DNA of 64,000 bases from an uncultured Verrucomicrobiota bacterium (lineage in GTDB: Bacteria; Verrucomicrobiota; Kiritimatiellia; RFP12; UBA1067), in contig CAMNBZ010000011.1 in NCBI GenBank assembly GCA_946533675.1, forward strand, positions 3,278 through 67,277. Direction: 5' to 3'. The notes under the pieces were generated by a model. That model was not told where the DNA came from and did no database searches. It worked only from the letters and a program-made list of their open reading frames with translations. Every line of letters starts with the position of its first letter. The stretch's first letter is position 1. Both the position numbers and the translations under genes were made by a program. Positions 60,143 to 64,000 of the stretch are shown here, piece after piece.

Positions 60143-61356
60143 CGACGCTCTATCTCGACTGCGCGATGGGCGCGGCGGGCGACATGCTCGCGGGCGCGCT
60201 TCTGGAGCTGCTGCCCGATCCCGACGCGGCGGTGCGCGCGTTCAACGGCTTCGGCATTCCCGGCGTTGCGTTTGCGCGCACGCGCGTGGAAAAATGCGGC
60301 CTCGCGGCGACGCACCTTTCCGTCACGGTGCACGGCCACGAAGAGCACGAACACGCGCACGATCACGAACATCACGATCACGCGCACCACGCACACCGGC
60401 GGCTGGCGGACGTGTTGGCGATCGTCGACGCGCTCGCGCTGACGGACGCCGTCAAGGCGCACGTGCGCGCCGTCTATCAGGAACTGGCGGCGGCGGAATC
60501 GCGCGCACACGGCTGCGCGGTGGGCGAGATTCATTTTCACGAAGTCGGCGCGGCGGACGCGATCGCGGACATCGCGGCCGTCTGCTGGCTGATGGACCGT
60601 CTGCGGCCGGACGAGGTGGTCGCCTCGCCCGTTCACGTCGGGTCCGGCACGGTACGGTGCGCGCATGGCGAGCTGCCGGTGCCCGCGCCCGCGACATCGT
60701 TTCTGCTCGAAGGCGTGCCGACGTACGCCGACGGGCAGATCCGGGGCGAACTCTGCACGCCGACGGGCGCGGCGCTCCTGAAGCATTTCGTGCAGCGCTT
60801 TGCGCCGCAGCCGCTCCTGCGGACGACGGCGATCGGCGCCGGCGCGGGCCGGAAGGATTTTCCGCGCGCGAACGTCGTGCGCGCGCTCTTCGGCGAATCG
60901 GGTGCGGGCGCGGCGGCGGACGACGCGACGATGGTCGAGCTGACGTTCACGGTCGACGACATGACGGGCGAGGAGCTCGCGTTCGCGCACGAGCGGCTCG
61001 TTGCCGCGGGTGCGCGGGACGTCGTGTTCGCGCCCGTGCTGATGAAGAAGGGGCGGCCCGGGCAGCTCGTGATCGTGCTCGCGGCACCGGCCGAGGAAGA
61101 TGCGGTCGTCGCGGCGATCTTCCGCCACACGTCGACGCTCGGTCTGCGCGAAACGCGCTGCCGCCGCCACGTCCTCGCGCGCGCGATCGAGACGGTCACG
61201 CTCGCGGACGGAACGGTCTGCCGACGCAAGGTCGCGACGGGCGCGGGCGTGCGCCGCGCGAAGTGGGAAGCGGACGATGTGGCGGCCGTGGCGCGGAAGG
61301 ACAATCTCTCGCTGGGCGAAGCCAAGACGAAAATCGAGGAAGGAGCGAACACATGA
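60139..61356 (+). CDS. larC: Nickel insertion protein LarC
   Basis: GAAGDML, His-rich loop, HFHEVG, HGELPVPAPAT, TPTGAA, MKKGRPG. Confidence 0.93.
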   Translation: MTTLYLDCAMGAAGDMLAGALLELLPDPDAAVRAFNGFGIPGVAFARTRVEKCGLAATHLSVTVHGHEEHEHAHDHEHHDHAHHAHRRLADVLAIVDALALTDAVKAHVRAVYQELAAAESRAHGCAVGEIHFHEVGAADAIADIAAVCWLMDRLRPDEVVASPVHVGSGTVRCAHGELPVPAPATSFLLEGVPTYADGQIRGELCTPTGAALLKHFVQRFAPQPLLRTTAIGAGAGRKDFPRANVVRALFGESGAGAAADDATMVELTFTVDDMTGEELAFAHERLVAAGARDVVFAPVLMKKGRPGQLVIVLAAPAEEDAVVAAIFRHTSTLGLRETRCRRHVLARAIETVTLADGTVCRRKVATGAGVRRAKWEADDVAAVARKDNLSLGEAKTKIEEGANT

Positions 61357-61925
61357 GCGGAATCAATCTCTCGCGGCGCACACTCTTGAAGTCGGCACTG
61401 CTGGGCGCGGGCGCGGTGGCGGTCGGCGGCACGGGCGCGGCCGTCGCGTCGGCGGTCGGCCGTCGCCTGTTCGGGTCGGAAGACGCGGCCGTCGCCGAGG
61501 CGTGGCGGCTCATCGAGGAGGAGGGGGCCAGCCGCGTCATCGTGCGCGGCGGCGAAATCGCCGCGGTCGCGAAGGGGCGCGGCGTGCGGCCGATCCTCGC
61601 GCTTCTGGAGACGGACGGCGCGGCGCTCGAAGGCGCCATTGTCGTCGACAGCGTGGTGGGACTGCCGGCGGCGGCCGTCGCGGTGAAGGGCAAGGCGGCG
61701 AAGGTTCTGGCGCGCACGGCGAGCGAACCGGCGCGCGACTTCCTGACGCGCAGCGGCGTCCCGCTGGAGGCGAAGGTCGTCGTGCCGAACATCCTCAACC
61801 GCGATCTGACGGGCGTCTGCCCGCTCGAAGCGAGCCTCGTCGCGCTGAACGGCGCCGGTCCCGACGCGCTCGTCGCGCAGGCGTACGCGACGCTGAACAC
61901 GCTGCGCCACCGTCCCGTGGCGTGA
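61353..61925 (+). CDS. DUF1893 (TM1506-like) protein with twin-arginine signal peptide
   Basis: SRRTLLK signal; RGVRP, DSVVG..AA, ILNRD.TG.CPLE. Confidence 0.72.
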   Translation: MSGINLSRRTLLKSALLGAGAVAVGGTGAAVASAVGRRLFGSEDAAVAEAWRLIEEEGASRVIVRGGEIAAVAKGRGVRPILALLETDGAALEGAIVVDSVVGLPAAAVAVKGKAAKVLARTASEPARDFLTRSGVPLEAKVVVPNILNRDLTGVCPLEASLVALNGAGPDALVAQAYATLNTLRHRPVA

Positions 61926-61981
61926 GGCGGCGGCGAAATCGCCCTTGAAACGCGCGGCGGAAAAAGGTATACTATTCCTCA

Positions 61982-62593
61982 ATGGCGAAGATTAAACTGA
62001 CAAAGACCGAGCTCAAGGCGCAGACGGACGCGCTCAAGCGCTTCCAGCGCTTTCTGCCGATGCTGCAGCTGAAAAAGCAGCAGCTGCAGAGCGAGATCGC
62101 GCAGATCGTCGCCAAGGCCGAGGCGGTCGGCGCCCGGGAGCGCGCGGCGCGCGAAGACCTCAACCGCTGGGTGGGGCTCATCGCGACCGACGAGCCGCTC
62201 GTGGCGGGGCTCGTGAAGGTGAAGAGCGTCAACACGGGCGAGGCCAACATCGCGGGCGTGCCGATCCCGACGTTCGAGTCGATCGAGACGGATGTCAAGG
62301 AAGTCGACCTGTGGGCGACGCCGGCGTGGGTCGACAGCGCCGTGGACGTGACGACGAAGATCCTTTCGCTCCAGTGCGAGCGCGCGATCTACGACGAGCA
62401 GCGCCGGCGCGTGACGGCGGAGCTGCAGACGACGAGCCAGCGCGTCAACCTGTTTGAGAAGGTGAAGATTCCCGAATGCAGGGAGGCGATCCGCGTCATC
62501 AAGATCGCCCTCGGCGACGAGCAGACGGCGGCGGTGACGCGCGGCAAGATCGCGAAGTCGCGCGTGCCGGCAAGCGAGGAGGTGAGCGCATGA
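61982..62593 (+). CDS. V/A-type ATPase subunit D
   Basis: KLTKTELK, FLPMLQLKKQQL, TTSQRVNLFEKVKIP. Confidence 0.92.
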   Translation: MAKIKLTKTELKAQTDALKRFQRFLPMLQLKKQQLQSEIAQIVAKAEAVGARERAAREDLNRWVGLIATDEPLVAGLVKVKSVNTGEANIAGVPIPTFESIETDVKEVDLWATPAWVDSAVDVTTKILSLQCERAIYDEQRRRVTAELQTTSQRVNLFEKVKIPECREAIRVIKIALGDEQTAAVTRGKIAKSRVPASEEVSA

Positions 62594-64000
62594 TCGTCCC
62601 GATGAAACACCTCGACCTGCTCTGCATCGCGGCGGAAAAGGACGCGACGCTCGAACAGCTGCGCGCACTGGGCGCGGTGCATCTCGATCTCGCGTCGGCC
62701 CAGGGCGCGGCGGTCGCGGCCGCGAAGGGCGAAATCGCCGACGCGGAAAAGGCCGTGCGCCTCATCGAAAAATTCCGCAAGGAGCTCGGCGCGGACGACG
62801 GGAGCCGCCGCCCCCTCGCGGTCGCGGATGTTCTTTCCCGCGCGCGCGATCTCGACGCGCTCAAATCGTCGGCCGACGAGCTCGCGCGCCTGGTCAAGGC
62901 GTATGCGCCGTACGGCGACTTCGATCCCGCGCTCGCGCAGAAGCTCCTCGATCAGGGCATCGATCTCGCGTCCGTCGCGGAGCTGCCGGAGAAGCTGCCG
63001 CCGAAGCGGCTGAGCGAACTGGAGAAGGAGCTGGCCGACACGCGCGCGCAGATCGCGGCGCGCACGGCGGAGCTGGCGGCGGCCGACGACGCGGCGATTC
63101 TCGCGGCGTATCCCGCGCTCGCGGACCGGCTGGCGTTCGACGCGGCAAGGGAGCTGATGTCGACGCAGGGCGCGATCGCGTTCATCGACGGGTGGGTGCC
63201 GGCGCCGAAGGTCGCGGCGCTCGTCGCGGCCGCGCAGGCGAACGGCTGGGGCACGCTTCTGCGCGATCCGGCCGAGGGTGAGGTGCCGCCGACGCTGATC
63301 GAGCCGCCGAAGCTCTTCCGTCCCGTGACGGCGCTCTTCGCCGGGCTCGGCATCGCGCCGGCCTACACGGAGTCGGACGTCTCGGTGCCGTTCTTCTGCT
63401 ATTTCACGATCTTCTTCGCGATGCTCGTCGGCGACGGCGGCTACGGCGCGCTGATTCTCGCGCTGACGATCGCGGGATGGATCCGGACGCGTGGCCGCCG
63501 GACGCTCCTGGCGAAGAGCTGGCTGACGCTGCTGACGGTCTTTTCGTCCGCGACGGTGCTGTGGGGGCTTCTCTCCAACACCTGGTTCGGCGCGGGGCTG
63601 CCGTGGTGCGCCGAATGGCCGACGGTGAAGTGGCTCGCGGATCCGAGCTACCACAACATGATGTTCCTGTGCTTCACCATCGGCGTGTCGCATCTGATGG
63701 TCGCGCGCATCTGGAGCGGCCTGTCCATCCTCAACGACCGGCGCTGCCTGTCGCAGTTCGGCTGGGCGGGCATTGTCCTCTTCATGTATCTCGTGACGAA
63801 TGCGATCGTCGGCATCTTCCCCGGGATTCCCGCGTGGAGCTTCTGGATGTTCGGCGTCTCGCTCGTGCTCGTGTTCGGCTTCACGCTGAAGGGCGACGAG
63901 CTCAAGACGCGCGGCGTCGAGCTCGGCATGCTGCCCTTGAACATCATGAGCGCGCTGGGCGACGTCATCTCCTATGTCCGCCTCTTCGCCGTCGGGCTCG
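62590..64000 (+). CDS. V/A-type ATPase subunit I (runs off window; absent from ORF track)
   Basis: Manual translation MIVPMKHL..., GWVP, VPPTLI, FFAMLVGDGGYG, LGDVISYVRLFAVGL. Confidence 0.9.
   Translation, partial: MIVPMKHLDLLCIAAEKDATLEQLRALGAVHLDLASAQGAAVAAAKGEIADAEKAVRLIEKFRKELGADDGSRRPLAVADVLSRARDLDALKSSADELARLVKAYAPYGDFDPALAQKLLDQGIDLASVAELPEKLPPKRLSELEKELADTRAQIAARTAELAAADDAAILAAYPALADRLAFDAARELMSTQGAIAFIDGWVPAPKVAALVAAAQANGWGTLLRDPAEGEVPPTLIEPPKLFRPVTALFAGLGIAPAYTESDVSVPFFCYFTIFFAMLVGDGGYGALILALTIAGWIRTRGRRTLLAKSWLTLLTVFSSATVLWGLLSNTWFGAGLPWCAEWPTVKWLADPSYHNMMFLCFTIGVSHLMVARIWSGLSILNDRRCLSQFGWAGIVLFMYLVTNAIVGIFPGIPAWSFWMFGVSLVLVFGFTLKGDELKTRGVELGMLPLNIMSALGDVISYVRLFAVGL

Noticed and set aside
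60330..60397. CAC-rich repeat in larC
   Set aside because: Encodes the well-known His-rich nickel-binding loop of LarC.

Overview
High-GC bacterial chromosome segment; gene content and style suggest a PVC-superphylum lineage such as Kiritimatiellia, which is inference only. The left end (1-4810) is a type II-C CRISPR-Cas locus on the minus strand: cas9-cas1-cas2 (cas2 cut by the window edge), plus a divergent tracrRNA. No CRISPR array lies inside the window. Positions 4810-7560 form an accessory island of nested palindromic repeats around a truncated RAYT/IS200-like HUH transposase, with 22-bp tandem repeats and an AT-rich WG-repeat gene. From 6066 to the right edge every credible gene is on the plus strand, mostly in shuffled housekeeping and sugar-catabolism operons: glyQS, tRNA-Pro, ilvD, araB/araD, rpsL-rpsG, ispE, tRNA-Gln, rha genes, rpmF-plsX-leuS-thyX-htpX, kdsB, obgE, the lpoB cluster, panB, deoC, rnr, larBC and V-ATPase D/I. 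The most striking signal is that at least three families of short palindromic REP/MITE-like elements sit in frame inside intact protein-coding genes. leuS alone carries four such elements at three sites, and a 29-bp hairpin encoding (V/M)(A/V)E(R/H)SSA(I/V)S occurs four times in three unrelated proteins. One family also has longer non-coding copies in the transposase island. All calls were made by eye; no database searches were run.
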